A stretch of DNA of 63,907 nucleotides, filler included, from an uncultured bacterium (GCA_964372275.1; 3 parts of 3 records of this genome joined end to end with filler, not necessarily neighbours in it), one strand, 5' to 3'; positions 10,449-19,830 are shown, counted from the first letter of the whole stretch. The notes: a model not told the origin generated them from the letters alone. Translations and numbers: made by a program.

Positions 10449-11651
10449 ATGTCGACCCCACGTCCCCCCTCGCCGCCGTCCGATCCGGCTCCCGCCGCCC
10501 TTCCCCTTCATCCCGCCGCGGAGACCGCCGCCGATTGGCGTCCGCTCTACGATGCGCTCGTCTCGTTGGGCCGCGACCGCGACGCGGCGCTGCTCCTGCA
10601 GCAGAAGTCGGTTCCCGCGGGCCTCGACCGGCGGCAGGTGTTGGGGATCGGCCCGCTTCCCGCCGGCGTCGACCTGATGGACGAGGCGACCTTCCAGGCG
10701 CAAGTCGGCGCCTTCCAGGCGAAGGCCGACGGGGTGCCGCCGGCCGCCGCGGCCGATGCGCCGCTCTCCCCCGAGGAGGAGGAGGCGATTCTCGAGATCC
10801 GCCTCGAGGACGAGATCCCCGTCTCCGACGACCTGGTCCTGGCCGCCGAAGTCCCGACGATCGCCCCGCCGACGCCGGAGCCCCCCGTCGAGCTCTCCTT
10901 TGCCCCGGCGCCCGCCGCCGCCACGGTACCCGCGGCATCGCCGTTGCGCAGCGCCACGGAGACGGCGTTGGAGCGGCGCGTGCGGGAGCTGGAGGCGTTG
11001 CTCGCGCGGCGCGAAGAGGCGCTGGCCTCGGTACAGCGGACCGACCGATTGACGATGCTCTTCAACCGCGACGCGCTGCTCGAGGCGGCGGAGCAGGAGC
11101 TTGCGAAGTCGCGCCGCTTCGGCAGCGATCTGGCGCTGGCCCTCTTCGAGCTGGAGACGCCCGGAACCCTGAACGCGAAGTACGGCGAAGGGGCCGCGGA
11201 GCGGCTGATGATGGCGCTCGCGTCGGCGATGCGCCGCACCGTGCGCCAGATCGACGTCGCCGCGCGCGTCGGCGGCGGCCAGTTCGCGGTGCTCTGCCCC
11301 GGCACGGGCCTCTCCGGCGCGCGCCGCCTGATCGAGAAGGTGCTGGGCTCGCTGGAGATCGAGCGCCGCGCACACGGCGCCCCGGCCGACGGCGCCGTCA
11401 CCGCCGCCGCGGCCGCCCGCGAAACGACGGGCCCCGCGATCGACCGCGTCCCCGACCTCCTCGAAGCCGCCCAGCGCGCCCTTCTCTCCGCGCGGGCGAC
11501 CGCCTGGAGCGGGCCGGCCTTCTCGCCGGCGGCCTTCGCCGCCGCGTCGCCCGCCGGCGCTCCACTCCCGCCGTCCACCGTGCTCCCGCCGGGCGCCGGT
11601 TCCTTCCCGTTCGGCGGCGGATTCCCGATGGGAGGTCCCGCCGGCGCTTGA
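10449..11651 (+). CDS. Degenerate GGDEF-domain protein
   Basis: TDRLTMLFNR, LNAKYG, RQID (RxxD) then GGGQF in place of GGDEF; coiled coil upstream. Confidence 0.8.
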   Translation: MSTPRPPSPPSDPAPAALPLHPAAETAADWRPLYDALVSLGRDRDAALLLQQKSVPAGLDRRQVLGIGPLPAGVDLMDEATFQAQVGAFQAKADGVPPAAAADAPLSPEEEEAILEIRLEDEIPVSDDLVLAAEVPTIAPPTPEPPVELSFAPAPAAATVPAASPLRSATETALERRVRELEALLARREEALASVQRTDRLTMLFNRDALLEAAEQELAKSRRFGSDLALALFELETPGTLNAKYGEGAAERLMMALASAMRRTVRQIDVAARVGGGQFAVLCPGTGLSGARRLIEKVLGSLEIERRAHGAPADGAVTAAAAARETTGPAIDRVPDLLEAAQRALLSARATAWSGPAFSPAAFAAASPAGAPLPPSTVLPPGAGSFPFGGGFPMGGPAGA

Positions 11652-11675
11652 CTTGGAGGTTCCGTTCAGTAGGAT
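11648..11675 (+). promoter_or_regulatory. Probable sigma70-type promoter of tRNA-Lys
   Basis: TTGACT-N16-TAGGAT about 36 bp upstream of the tRNA. Confidence 0.55.
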
Positions 11676-11711
11676 TCGACCCCCTTCGCGGCCACCCGCG
11701 CGAAGGACGAC

Positions 11712-11784
11712 GGGCCGGTAGCTCAATTGGCAGAGCAGCAGACTCTTAATCTGCGGGTTGTAGGTTCGATGCCTACCCGGCTCA
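11712..11784 (+). tRNA. tRNA-Lys(CTT), CCA not encoded
   Basis: Acceptor GGGCCGG/CCGGCTC, D-loop TAGCTCAATTGG, anticodon arm GCAGA-CTCTTAA-TCTGC, T-loop GGTTCGATGCC. Confidence 0.96.
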
Positions 11785-11797
11785 CCCGAACGCACGA

Positions 11798-11822
11798 GGC
11801 CCCGCCAATACTTGGCGGGGCC
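11798..11822 (+). terminator. GC-rich hairpin downstream of tRNA-Lys
   Basis: GGCCCCGCCAA-TAC-TTGGCGGGGCC perfect 11-bp stem; no clear U tract. Confidence 0.55.
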
Positions 11823-11937
11823 GCTGCATTCGCGCACGGTCCCACCCAGCTCGCGCCGAGGCCCCGCGCGAAGAGGGTGAGACCGGCCTGTCACATCTGT
11901 GTGGTTTCGATCCGGCGTTTCCAATACGCTGCGGCGC

Positions 11938-12879
11938 GTGAACCGAACGCCAAGTACATGCGCCCTGCTCCTGTCCGCCCTGTCGCTCCACGCCTCTTGT
12001 GCGAAAGATACAAAACAAGGCGGTTCCTTGCCCGGCGTGGAGAGCTGCGAGCCCGGGCAGGCCATTCGCACGATCCACGAGGATGGAACGGTCGAGTGCG
12101 AAGTCGACGACGATACGAACACGAACTACTTGGCAGGTGCGGGGATCGTTCGATCGGGAAATACGTTGGGACTCGACTTCGCGCGCAACAACGTCTGGAG
12201 CGGCTCCCAGAATTTTGACGGAGGAGCCGCGTTCCCCGGCGAGGGAATATGGGATCCGTCAGGCTACGTCGGCATCGGGACGGAAATCCCAGCCTCGAAG
12301 CTGCACGTGGTGGGCGGAGACGTCTACGTGCAGGGCGGCGGCTACGACTTCGTCCCACCGGAGGGCGGAGCAGCGGATCTTGCCTTCTACCGCGGCGGAA
12401 CGGGATTTGGGGTTCTTCGGCGTTTCGCTCCAGATTACACCGTCTTTCAGATCTGGGCCCCGCCATCTTCTCTCGGAAGCTATGAAGCGACGCTCGCACT
12501 CGTCCGGGGCGATGAGCCGAACGTGGAGTACGTGGACCTCTACAACAACGGCTACGAGTCCGAGTCGCAATACGGCGTGCGCATGCAAAGGCGGGGCTCA
12601 GGCCAGTTCCGAGACTTCGTGTTCGACTATTCGGATGGCTCGACCAAGACCGAGGTTCTCCGCCTCCAGCCGTCCGGAAACGTCGGCTTCGGCACCAAGT
12701 TTCCTCGAGCTTCGATCGACGTGAAGGGCGGCATCGGTCTGGCAGCGGACGATGGAACCATCACCTGCAACGCCGGGAATGCCGGGCTCATGATGACCTG
12801 CCTTCGCAACGACCTAAAGCGCATCTGCGCGTGCGTGGAGACCAGCGCCGGCGTGTTCGACTGGGTGCAGGGCTTCTAA
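11938..12879 (+). CDS. Hypothetical exported protein with tail-fibre-like 'G(N/Y)VGIGT' repeats
   Basis: Signal-like LLLSALSLHASC; GYVGIGTEIPASKLHVVGG and GNVGFGTKFPRASIDVKG; lower GC; start uncertain (11899 alternative). Confidence 0.65.
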   Translation: MNRTPSTCALLLSALSLHASCAKDTKQGGSLPGVESCEPGQAIRTIHEDGTVECEVDDDTNTNYLAGAGIVRSGNTLGLDFARNNVWSGSQNFDGGAAFPGEGIWDPSGYVGIGTEIPASKLHVVGGDVYVQGGGYDFVPPEGGAADLAFYRGGTGFGVLRRFAPDYTVFQIWAPPSSLGSYEATLALVRGDEPNVEYVDLYNNGYESESQYGVRMQRRGSGQFRDFVFDYSDGSTKTEVLRLQPSGNVGFGTKFPRASIDVKGGIGLAADDGTITCNAGNAGLMMTCLRNDLKRICACVETSAGVFDWVQGF

Positions 12880-12889
12880 GGGGTATCAT

Positions 12890-12934
12890 TCCCTTCCCCG
12901 CCGTTCCCGTTCCGTACTCCTTCTCCCTCTCCCG
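12890..12934. repeat. Polypyrimidine repeat, single arm of the element at 19709-19830
   Basis: 12917-12934 CTCCTTCTCCCTCTCCCG is the exact reverse complement of 19779-19796. Confidence 0.7.
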
Positions 12935-13004
12935 CAACTCCACTGGCAGAGCAGCAGAACGTATTGGCCGCCCGGCCGTCGGCGTGTAGACTGCCCCGCT
13001 TTTC

Positions 13005-14891
13005 ATGAACGCCCTCGCACCGGTATCCGGAGCCGCCCTCCGCCGGGCTCTGCTCCCTCTCGGCGCGCTCAACCTGCTGGTCGCGCTCGCGATTACCGCC
13101 CCGCTGCTTCGCGGAGGCGGATTGACGACGGCACGCCAGGTGGCGTTCGCGGTGGTCGCAATGGCGGGGTACCTGGGCACGGCCTCCCTGGCAATCGGAG
13201 GCCTTCTCGCAATCGCATCGTCGTTCCCACGGGCGCGGACGGCGATCCTGTGGCTCGCACCGGTCTCCTTCACCTTGCTCCACACGGCGCTGTTCGTCGA
13301 CGTGCGCGTCTACAAGATGTTCCGATTCCATTTCAACGGGCTCGTCTGGCAGACGGTGACCGCTCCCGGCGGATGGGACTCGCTTCACGTGCCGACGGCG
13401 GACCTCGTCGCCCTGGCCTTCGCCGTGATTGCGTTCGCCGCGGCGCAGCGGCGGATCTTCGGCGACATCGTGAGGAAGTCGAGCGACAGGCCTTGGCTCC
13501 CGGCGCTCACGTGGAAGCGCGCCGTTCTCGGCATCGCCGTCCTGGGTGTCGCGGAGCGTACGACGTTTGCGACGTTCGACCTTCTACGCGATTACGAAAT
13601 TGCCCGCGCCGCCCGGGTTGTGCCCGGATATCAGCGTTTCACCGTGCGGCGCTTCGCCAAGAGGTGGTTCGGCTGGAAGCCTGGTTCCGCGGATCTCGCT
13701 TTCTCCGGGAAGCCCAAGGCGTCCTCGAGTGGGCTTCATTATCCGGTGAAGCCGCTCGCCTGGAAGGCACCCGAGCGGAAACTCAATTTCCTTTGGGTGG
13801 TGTTGGAGAGTTGGCGCTACGACGCCTTCGACGAGAACCATTCCCCCGAGATCTGGAAGATTTCGAAGGGCGCCCACGTTTTCGAGAATCACATCTCCGG
13901 GGGAAACAATACGACCTTCGGCGTGTTCACCATGTTCTATGGGCTCTATGGCTCCTACCGAAACGCATTCCTCGCGGAGCATCGCGGGCCGGTTCTGGTG
14001 GATCGCCTGCGCGAGCTCGACTACCGGTTCGCGATCTACTCCAGCTTTCCGATGACATGGCCGGAATTCCGAAAGTACGCGTTCGTCGACATCGCAGACT
14101 CCGTGAAGGACGCATGGCCGCACGAAGAGTCGGCGAAGAACGATCCGCTCGTCGTCGACGACTTCCTCTCCTTCGTCGACCGGGGCAAGGCGGACGGGGA
14201 CCGTCCGTTCTTCGGGTTCCTTCTGCTCGACTCGTCGCACGCTCCCTATACGTTCCCCCCCGACTTCGCGAAGTTTCAGCCGTACACGCGGGACGCGAAG
14301 TTCGTGCGGTACATCGACGTCACGCAGCGCGCGCCCGAGATGCGCAACCGCTACTTCAACGCCGTTTTGTGGGAGGACTTCCAGGTCGGTCGGCTCTGGC
14401 GCGAGCTGGATCGGCGAGGCGTCCTGGACGAAACGGTGGTGCTGATCACCGGCGACCATGGAGAGGAGTTCAACGAACACGGCTTCTGGACGCACAGCGG
14501 AGGCTACACACCTGAACAGGTGCAGGTTCCCGCGATCCTCCATTGGCCGGGGAAGGGCGCGAGCGTCGTCACGCGGCGCTCGGGACACGAGGACATCGCA
14601 CCGACGATCCTCGAAGCTCTGGGCGTGCAAAACCCGCCCGGAGACTACAGCCAGGGCCGCTCGTTGTTCGACGAAACCGGCAATCCCTACGTCGTCTCCT
14701 GCGGCTGGCGCGACTGCGCGATCATCGACGACCTCGGTTATGTCGTCTTCGGCCTCGAGAATCACTACTCCATGTCCTTCGACGTGCTCGACCGGCAGTA
14801 CGTGAGCGTCGCCGACCCTCGCTCCGCACTCGCGTCACGCGGCGATCGGATGTTGTCGATCATGCAGGAGCTGGGCCTCTTCCTGAAGTGA
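13005..14891 (+). CDS. YejM/PbgA(LapC)-like inner membrane sulfatase-fold protein, copy 1
   Basis: N-terminal TMs, FRFHFNG, LHYP, HISGGNNT.FG.F..FYG, ITGDHGEEF. Confidence 0.85.
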   Translation: MNALAPVSGAALRRALLPLGALNLLVALAITAPLLRGGGLTTARQVAFAVVAMAGYLGTASLAIGGLLAIASSFPRARTAILWLAPVSFTLLHTALFVDVRVYKMFRFHFNGLVWQTVTAPGGWDSLHVPTADLVALAFAVIAFAAAQRRIFGDIVRKSSDRPWLPALTWKRAVLGIAVLGVAERTTFATFDLLRDYEIARAARVVPGYQRFTVRRFAKRWFGWKPGSADLAFSGKPKASSSGLHYPVKPLAWKAPERKLNFLWVVLESWRYDAFDENHSPEIWKISKGAHVFENHISGGNNTTFGVFTMFYGLYGSYRNAFLAEHRGPVLVDRLRELDYRFAIYSSFPMTWPEFRKYAFVDIADSVKDAWPHEESAKNDPLVVDDFLSFVDRGKADGDRPFFGFLLLDSSHAPYTFPPDFAKFQPYTRDAKFVRYIDVTQRAPEMRNRYFNAVLWEDFQVGRLWRELDRRGVLDETVVLITGDHGEEFNEHGFWTHSGGYTPEQVQVPAILHWPGKGASVVTRRSGHEDIAPTILEALGVQNPPGDYSQGRSLFDETGNPYVVSCGWRDCAIIDDLGYVVFGLENHYSMSFDVLDRQYVSVADPRSALASRGDRMLSIMQELGLFLK

Positions 14892-14979
14892 GGCCCACGC
14901 GCGGCGAGCCTCCGGGGCGAGGATCGGCCGGGTCCTTGCGGGCTGCCCCGGCGGGACGCTATCCTGCCGTCTTTTTTCG

Positions 14980-16860
14980 ATGGCCTTCGAACGACCCCTC
15001 CTCGACCGAGAGACGGCCCGCCGCGCCCTGTTCGCGCTTACCCTCGCGAACCTGCTTCCCGCGTGGCTGCTCACCCACCGGCTGGTCACCCTCGCCGGCC
15101 CCACGGTGGGCGTGAAACACGCGATCTTCCTCAACGCCGCGGTGCTCGGGCAGATCGCGGCCCTCTTCGTGCTGGTGGCGCTCCTGCTCCTGCTGCTGAC
15201 GCGGGCGAGGGCGGGCCTCCGGGTCCTGCCGGTCGCCGCACCGGTCCTGTTCGGCCTGCTCGGGTTCTTCCTGCTGATCGACGTGGCGATCTACGGCCAC
15301 TACAAGTTCCACGTGAACGGGCTCGTCATCAGCGTCCTCTTCTCACCGGTGATGCGGGACGCGATGGACGTCGAGGCGAGCAACGTCGCCTGGGTGGTGG
15401 GGATCGGGGTCGCTCTCGTCGTCGCCGAAGGGATCCTGTTCGGATGGCTTCGGCGCCGGGTCGCGCCGAAGCCCTGGCGCCCGCGATGGGTCGCGCTCGC
15501 CGCGATCCCCGCCGCGCTGCTCCTGGTGGAGAAGACGATCTACGCGACCAGCGACCTGTGGGGTGAACGGCACGTGATCCGCTCGGCGCGGGCGGTGCCG
15601 CTCTACGTGCGCACCACGGCGCGCAACTTCGCGCAGCACTTCGGCTGGGCGCCGCGGAAGATGGCCACGGTCCGCGTCCGCCCGGTCGACCCGAGCGCCC
15701 ACACCCTGAAGTACCCGAAGGTGCCACTGGAGTTCGACGAACCTCCGACGCGGCCGAACATCGTCTGGTTGAACCTCGAAGGCTGGCGCTGGGACATGTT
15801 CAGCGAGGAGAACACGCCGAACCTGTGGAGATGGTCCCGGGGGGAGCAGGTGTTCGACTACCACATCAGCGGCGGGAACCGCACCGCGACCGGGGTCTTC
15901 AGCCAGTTCTACGGCCTGTACGGGAACTACTGGGACACCTTCCTATCGGAGCGCCGCTCCCCGGTCCTGGTCGACCGCCTCCAGGCGCTCGGTTACCGCA
16001 TCGACGCCGACGCCAGTCGCGAGGTCGGCTTCTTCGACATGCAAAGCAGCACCTTCGTGAAGATGCCGGAGGTCTACCATTTCGAGTGGGAGACCAACGA
16101 CTCGGCGATTCGCGATCAGGCGATCGTCCGCCACCTCCAGCGGTTCGTGGAGTCGGCCGTGGCGGAGGGGAAGCCGTTCTTCCATTGGTCGCTCTTCGAC
16201 AGCTCGCACGTGAAGTACTACTTCCCCCCCGAGTTCGCGAAGTTCGAGCCCTACGCCAAGGAGGTCGAGTACCGCGAGATCGGGATCTCCGAACAGCGGC
16301 GGATCGAGGCCAAGAACCGCTACCGCAACGCGGTGCTCTGGGAGGATCACCTGGTCGGCAGGGTCCTCGACTGGCTGAAGGAGAAGAAGCTCCTCGATAC
16401 CACGGTGGTGATCGTCACCGGCGATCACGGCGAGGAGTTTTACGAGAACGGCCACTGGACCCACGGCGGCGGCTGCACGCCGGAGGTGGTGCGGGTGCCG
16501 CTGATCGTCCACGTGCCGGGCCGAACCCCGGCGACCTTCTCCCACGTCACCTCGCACCACGACCTGGTGCCGACGCTGATGGAGATGCTCGGCACCACCA
16601 ATCCCGCCTCCGACTATTCGCTGGGCCGTTCGCTGTTCGGCGAGGAGCGGGTCCCCCACGTCGTCGCCTGCGGCTGGGACCAGAGCGCGCTGGTCGACGA
16701 GAGCGGCTGGCTGATCTTCGGCAACGACTTCCAGAATCCGCTCGACTACGAAGTGCGCGACCCCGCCTACCGGGAGGTCCCCGATGCGTCGAGCGAGGTG
16801 GAGAAGCGCACCGCGCACGTCGCCAGCGCCATCCGCAACATGAACGCCTTCCTCAAGTAG
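14980..16860 (+). CDS. YejM/PbgA(LapC)-like inner membrane sulfatase-fold protein, copy 2
   Basis: YKFHVNG, LKYPK.PL, HISGGNRT.TG.FS.FYG, VTGDHGEEF; collinear with copy 1. Confidence 0.85.
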   Translation: MAFERPLLDRETARRALFALTLANLLPAWLLTHRLVTLAGPTVGVKHAIFLNAAVLGQIAALFVLVALLLLLLTRARAGLRVLPVAAPVLFGLLGFFLLIDVAIYGHYKFHVNGLVISVLFSPVMRDAMDVEASNVAWVVGIGVALVVAEGILFGWLRRRVAPKPWRPRWVALAAIPAALLLVEKTIYATSDLWGERHVIRSARAVPLYVRTTARNFAQHFGWAPRKMATVRVRPVDPSAHTLKYPKVPLEFDEPPTRPNIVWLNLEGWRWDMFSEENTPNLWRWSRGEQVFDYHISGGNRTATGVFSQFYGLYGNYWDTFLSERRSPVLVDRLQALGYRIDADASREVGFFDMQSSTFVKMPEVYHFEWETNDSAIRDQAIVRHLQRFVESAVAEGKPFFHWSLFDSSHVKYYFPPEFAKFEPYAKEVEYREIGISEQRRIEAKNRYRNAVLWEDHLVGRVLDWLKEKKLLDTTVVIVTGDHGEEFYENGHWTHGGGCTPEVVRVPLIVHVPGRTPATFSHVTSHHDLVPTLMEMLGTTNPASDYSLGRSLFGEERVPHVVACGWDQSALVDESGWLIFGNDFQNPLDYEVRDPAYREVPDASSEVEKRTAHVASAIRNMNAFLK

Positions 16861-16938
16861 CGGCCATCCGCGGGAACGGCGATGCCGCCGCTTGTCCCCT
16901 GCGGTTGCCGCCCTAGCGTCCAAGCCAGGAGGCGACCG

Positions 16939-17427
16939 ATGGCAACGGACCGCGACCGGGCCGTGTTCGGGGGGGTCGTCGCCGGTTTCGTCGGCGGACT
17001 GGGGCTGTCGGTCTTCATGGCCGCGACGACCGCGGCCAAGGGCGGGGACGTCTGGCAGGCGATGAAGGGGGCCGGCGCCCCGTTCCTGCGCGAGGCGGCG
17101 ATGCGGCCCGGCTTCGACGCGGGACCGGTCACGGTCGGCCTGTTGAGCCACTTCGCCGTCTCGATCGGGTGGGGGATCCTCTTCGGCGCGCTCTTCTACG
17201 GCCTCCCGCGCGCCGCGACCCTCCTCGCCGGCGTGCTGTGGGGGATCGTCGTCTGGGTCGCGATGTTCTACGTCGTGCTCCCGGTCTTCGGCCTGGGCGA
17301 GATGGTCGCGCAGGTCCCCGTCTCGGCGGCGATCCTGGAGCACGTCCTGTTCGGCGTGCTCGTCGCCGTCGGGTTCCTCCCGTTCCAGCGGCGGATCGGC
17401 GGGCGCGTGCCCGCCGCCCCCGCGTGA
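16939..17427 (+). CDS. Hypothetical 4-TM membrane protein
   Basis: AGGAGG RBS; hydrophobic helices with HFAVSIGWG and EHVLFG. Confidence 0.75.
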   Translation: MATDRDRAVFGGVVAGFVGGLGLSVFMAATTAAKGGDVWQAMKGAGAPFLREAAMRPGFDAGPVTVGLLSHFAVSIGWGILFGALFYGLPRAATLLAGVLWGIVVWVAMFYVVLPVFGLGEMVAQVPVSAAILEHVLFGVLVAVGFLPFQRRIGGRVPAAPA

Positions 17428-17431
17428 CCGA

Positions 17432-17911
17432 CTACCCCTTCGCCCGGGCGGGCTTCAGCTCGATGCGTCTGGCCTGCAACTCGGGGCTCTTCGGCATCGT
17501 CAGCGTCAACACCCCGCTCTTGAGCTCCGCCTTCACCTTGTCGGTGTCGATCCCCTCGGGGCACGTGAAGCTGCGCGAGAAGCCGCCGTAGGACCGCTCG
17601 TAGGTGTAGTAGGTCTCGTCCTTCTCCTCCCGCTCCGTCTCCCTCTTGCCGCGGACGGTCAGCCGCGAGCCGGAGACGGTGATCTCCAGGTCGTCCTCCT
17701 TCACCCCCGGCAGGTCGGCCTCGATCACGATCCCGTCCTTGGTCTCGCGGACGTCGAAGTCGGGCGAAAACCCACGCTTCTCACCCCGGTGCGGTCCGAA
17801 GAACTCGACGAACGGATCCCACCGCATCATCTGACGGAACGTGCGGAACGGGTCCCAGCTCCACTCGGGCTCCGCAAGCGCACGCTCACGACGCACGGAA
17901 ATATCGGCCAT
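17432..17911 (-). CDS. Small heat-shock protein (Hsp20/alpha-crystallin)
   Basis: DVRET, ADLPGV, ERSYG.FSRSF, GVLTLTMPK. Confidence 0.95.
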   Translation of the reverse strand: MADISVRRERALAEPEWSWDPFRTFRQMMRWDPFVEFFGPHRGEKRGFSPDFDVRETKDGIVIEADLPGVKEDDLEITVSGSRLTVRGKRETEREEKDETYYTYERSYGGFSRSFTCPEGIDTDKVKAELKSGVLTLTMPKSPELQARRIELKPARAKG

Positions 17912-17940
17912 TGTCCTTGTCCTCCCTCACCTCTTTCTAA

Positions 17941-18669
17941 TCATCGGACGGCGGGGACGCGACCGACGAAGCGCCAGACGGCGCCGAAGGTGAGCGGCGT
18001 GGTCTCGACGTCGATCAGGCCCGCGTCCCGCATCGTCCCGGCGAAGGTCTCCGGCGACGGGAAGGCGGCGATCGACCGCTGGAGGTGGCGATACTCGGCG
18101 CGGCCCGCCAGCAGCCCCCCGAGCCGCGGAACGACGTGGTGGACGTGGAACCGCGCCGCCGCCCCGAGCGCCCCGCCGCGCGGCTCGACCAGCTCCAGCA
18201 CGCCGACGCGCCCCCCCGGGCGGACGACGCGCGCCATCTCCCGCAGGGCCGCCACCCGGTCGGGGACGTTGCGGATGCCGAAGGCGATCGTCGCGGCGTC
18301 GAACGCGCGATCGGCGAACGGCAGCCGCTGCGCGTCCCCCTGCACGAAATCGACGGCGCCGGCGCGGAACGGCGGAGACCGCCGCCGCGTCTTTTCGCGG
18401 GCGACGGCGAGCATGCCGCCGGACGGGTCGAGTCCGACCACGTCGGCGGCCGTCGGCCCCCGCGCGAAGCGCAGCGCGACCTCGGCGGAGCCGGTCGCGA
18501 CGTCGAGGACCCGTCCGCCGGGCGCAACGGCCAGCGCCTCGACCAACGCGCGACGCCAGCGCCGGTCGAGGCCGAACGACAGCAAACGGTTCAGCCGGTC
18601 GTAGCGTGCCGCCACCCGGTCGAACATCGCTCCGCTGCCGGGGATCGGAGGGTCCGTCACGCCGGCCAT
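17941..18669 (-). CDS. UbiE/MenG-family methyltransferase
   Basis: MFDRVA.RYD.LN..LSFGLD..WR, LDVATGS, IAFGIRNV. Confidence 0.9.
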   Translation of the reverse strand: MAGVTDPPIPGSGAMFDRVAARYDRLNRLLSFGLDRRWRRALVEALAVAPGGRVLDVATGSAEVALRFARGPTAADVVGLDPSGGMLAVAREKTRRRSPPFRAGAVDFVQGDAQRLPFADRAFDAATIAFGIRNVPDRVAALREMARVVRPGGRVGVLELVEPRGGALGAAARFHVHHVVPRLGGLLAGRAEYRHLQRSIAAFPSPETFAGTMRDAGLIDVETTPLTFGAVWRFVGRVPAVR

Positions 18670-18715
18670 CCTACTCGACCCCAGTCCCGGTGCGCGCCCT
18701 GCGACGCCGGATGCG

Positions 18716-18886
18716 CTACGGTCCGGGCGAGGCCGTGGTGCCGGCCCGCTCGGTCCGGTTCATCTCCATTCCGCAGCAGCAGCGCGGCGCCTGGTTGCCT
18801 CCGCCGGGCCCGGCCCCCTTGGTCACCGTGATCTCGCAGCCGCAACGGTCGTTCGAACAGCGGTAGACCTCGTTCTGCCTCAGCAT
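18716..18886 (-). CDS. Small Cys-rich metal-binding protein (56 aa; below ORF-track cutoff)
   Basis: Hand translation MLRQNEVYRCSNDRCGCEITVTKGAGPGGGNQAPRCCCGMEMNRTERAGTTASPGP*; AAGGGGA RBS. Confidence 0.75.
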   Translation of the reverse strand: MLRQNEVYRCSNDRCGCEITVTKGAGPGGGNQAPRCCCGMEMNRTERAGTTASPGP

Positions 18887-18899
18887 GCTTCGTCCCCTT

Positions 18900-19112
18900 T
18901 CATGGAGGGGCCGGCGCCGCCGCCTCGCGGGACGGACCGATCAAGTCGACGAGTCGGCGTTCGATCTCCTCCAACCGCTCGATCCCGGACCGTAACGATC
19001 GCCGGTAGATGCGGTCCTCCGTCCGGGTGAGCTCGGTCCGAAGCCCGTGCAGATGCAGCCCCAGGGCTTGGCGGAGCTCGCGCGCCTCCTCCAGCGTCAG
19101 CGACAGGTCCAA
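18900..19112 (-). CDS. Small helical hypothetical protein
   Basis: TTG start after GGAGGGG; LSLTLEEARELR...LRTELTRTEDR...LEEIERRL. Confidence 0.6.
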   Translation of the reverse strand: MDLSLTLEEARELRQALGLHLHGLRTELTRTEDRIYRRSLRSGIERLEEIERRLVDLIGPSREAAAPAPP

Positions 19113-19246
19113 CGCCGACCCCTCCGCCTCATCGCGTAGGGCCGGCCGCCGCCCGCGCACGCGCCCACGACCGGTCGCTCGACGCGCATCTTTGGCTGCG
19201 CATCGGGTCGGCACCCAACCGACGTACGGAACCCGAGGAGGCGAGG

Positions 19247-19675
19247 ATGATCTGCAAGGAGTTGATGAAGACGCAAGTGGAGTGCGTGACGCAGGACGAG
19301 GCGGTGGAGGTCGCGGCCCGGAAGATGCGGGACGCGAACATCGGTTTCCTTCCGGTCTGCGACCGGCAGATGAAGGTGCTGGGCACCCTCACCGACCGGG
19401 ACATCGCGATCCGCGTCGTCGCCGAACGGCTGCCGATCGCCACCAAGGTCCAGGAGGTGATGTCCAAGGAGGTCGTCTCCTGCCGCCCCGAGGACGACAT
19501 CCGCCGGGCCGAGGAGCTGATGGGCCAGAAGCAGAAGTCGAGGATCCTGTGCCTCGACGCCAACGGCAAGCTCGCCGGCGTGATCAGCCTCTCCGACATC
19601 GCGCAGCGGGAGGAGGCCAGCCGCACCGCGAGGATCATGCGGGAGGTGACGGGGCGGGAAGCACGGGTGCATTAG
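19247..19675 (+). CDS. CBS-pair protein
   Basis: AARKMRDANIGFLPV, G.LTDRDI, GVISLSDI; GAGGAGG RBS. Confidence 0.92.
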   Translation: MICKELMKTQVECVTQDEAVEVAARKMRDANIGFLPVCDRQMKVLGTLTDRDIAIRVVAERLPIATKVQEVMSKEVVSCRPEDDIRRAEELMGQKQKSRILCLDANGKLAGVISLSDIAQREEASRTARIMREVTGREARVH

Positions 19676-19708
19676 CCCGCGTCGCGGCCATCGCCGGGAC
19701 GAAAGGCC

Positions 19709-19830
19709 GCTCCGTTCCGTTCCCTTCCCCCTCTCTTTTCCACTCCCTCTCCCGACACCTTCCGCCGAACGACCGGAACGGGAGAGGGAGAAGGAGAAGG
19801 AACGGAAAGGAACGGGAACGGAACTGGGGA
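19709..19830. repeat. Long imperfect polypyrimidine/polypurine inverted repeat between convergent genes
   Basis: TCCGTTCCGTTCCCTTCC...CTCCCTCTCCCG pairs with CGGGAGAGGGAG...GGAACGGGAACGGA. Confidence 0.75.
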
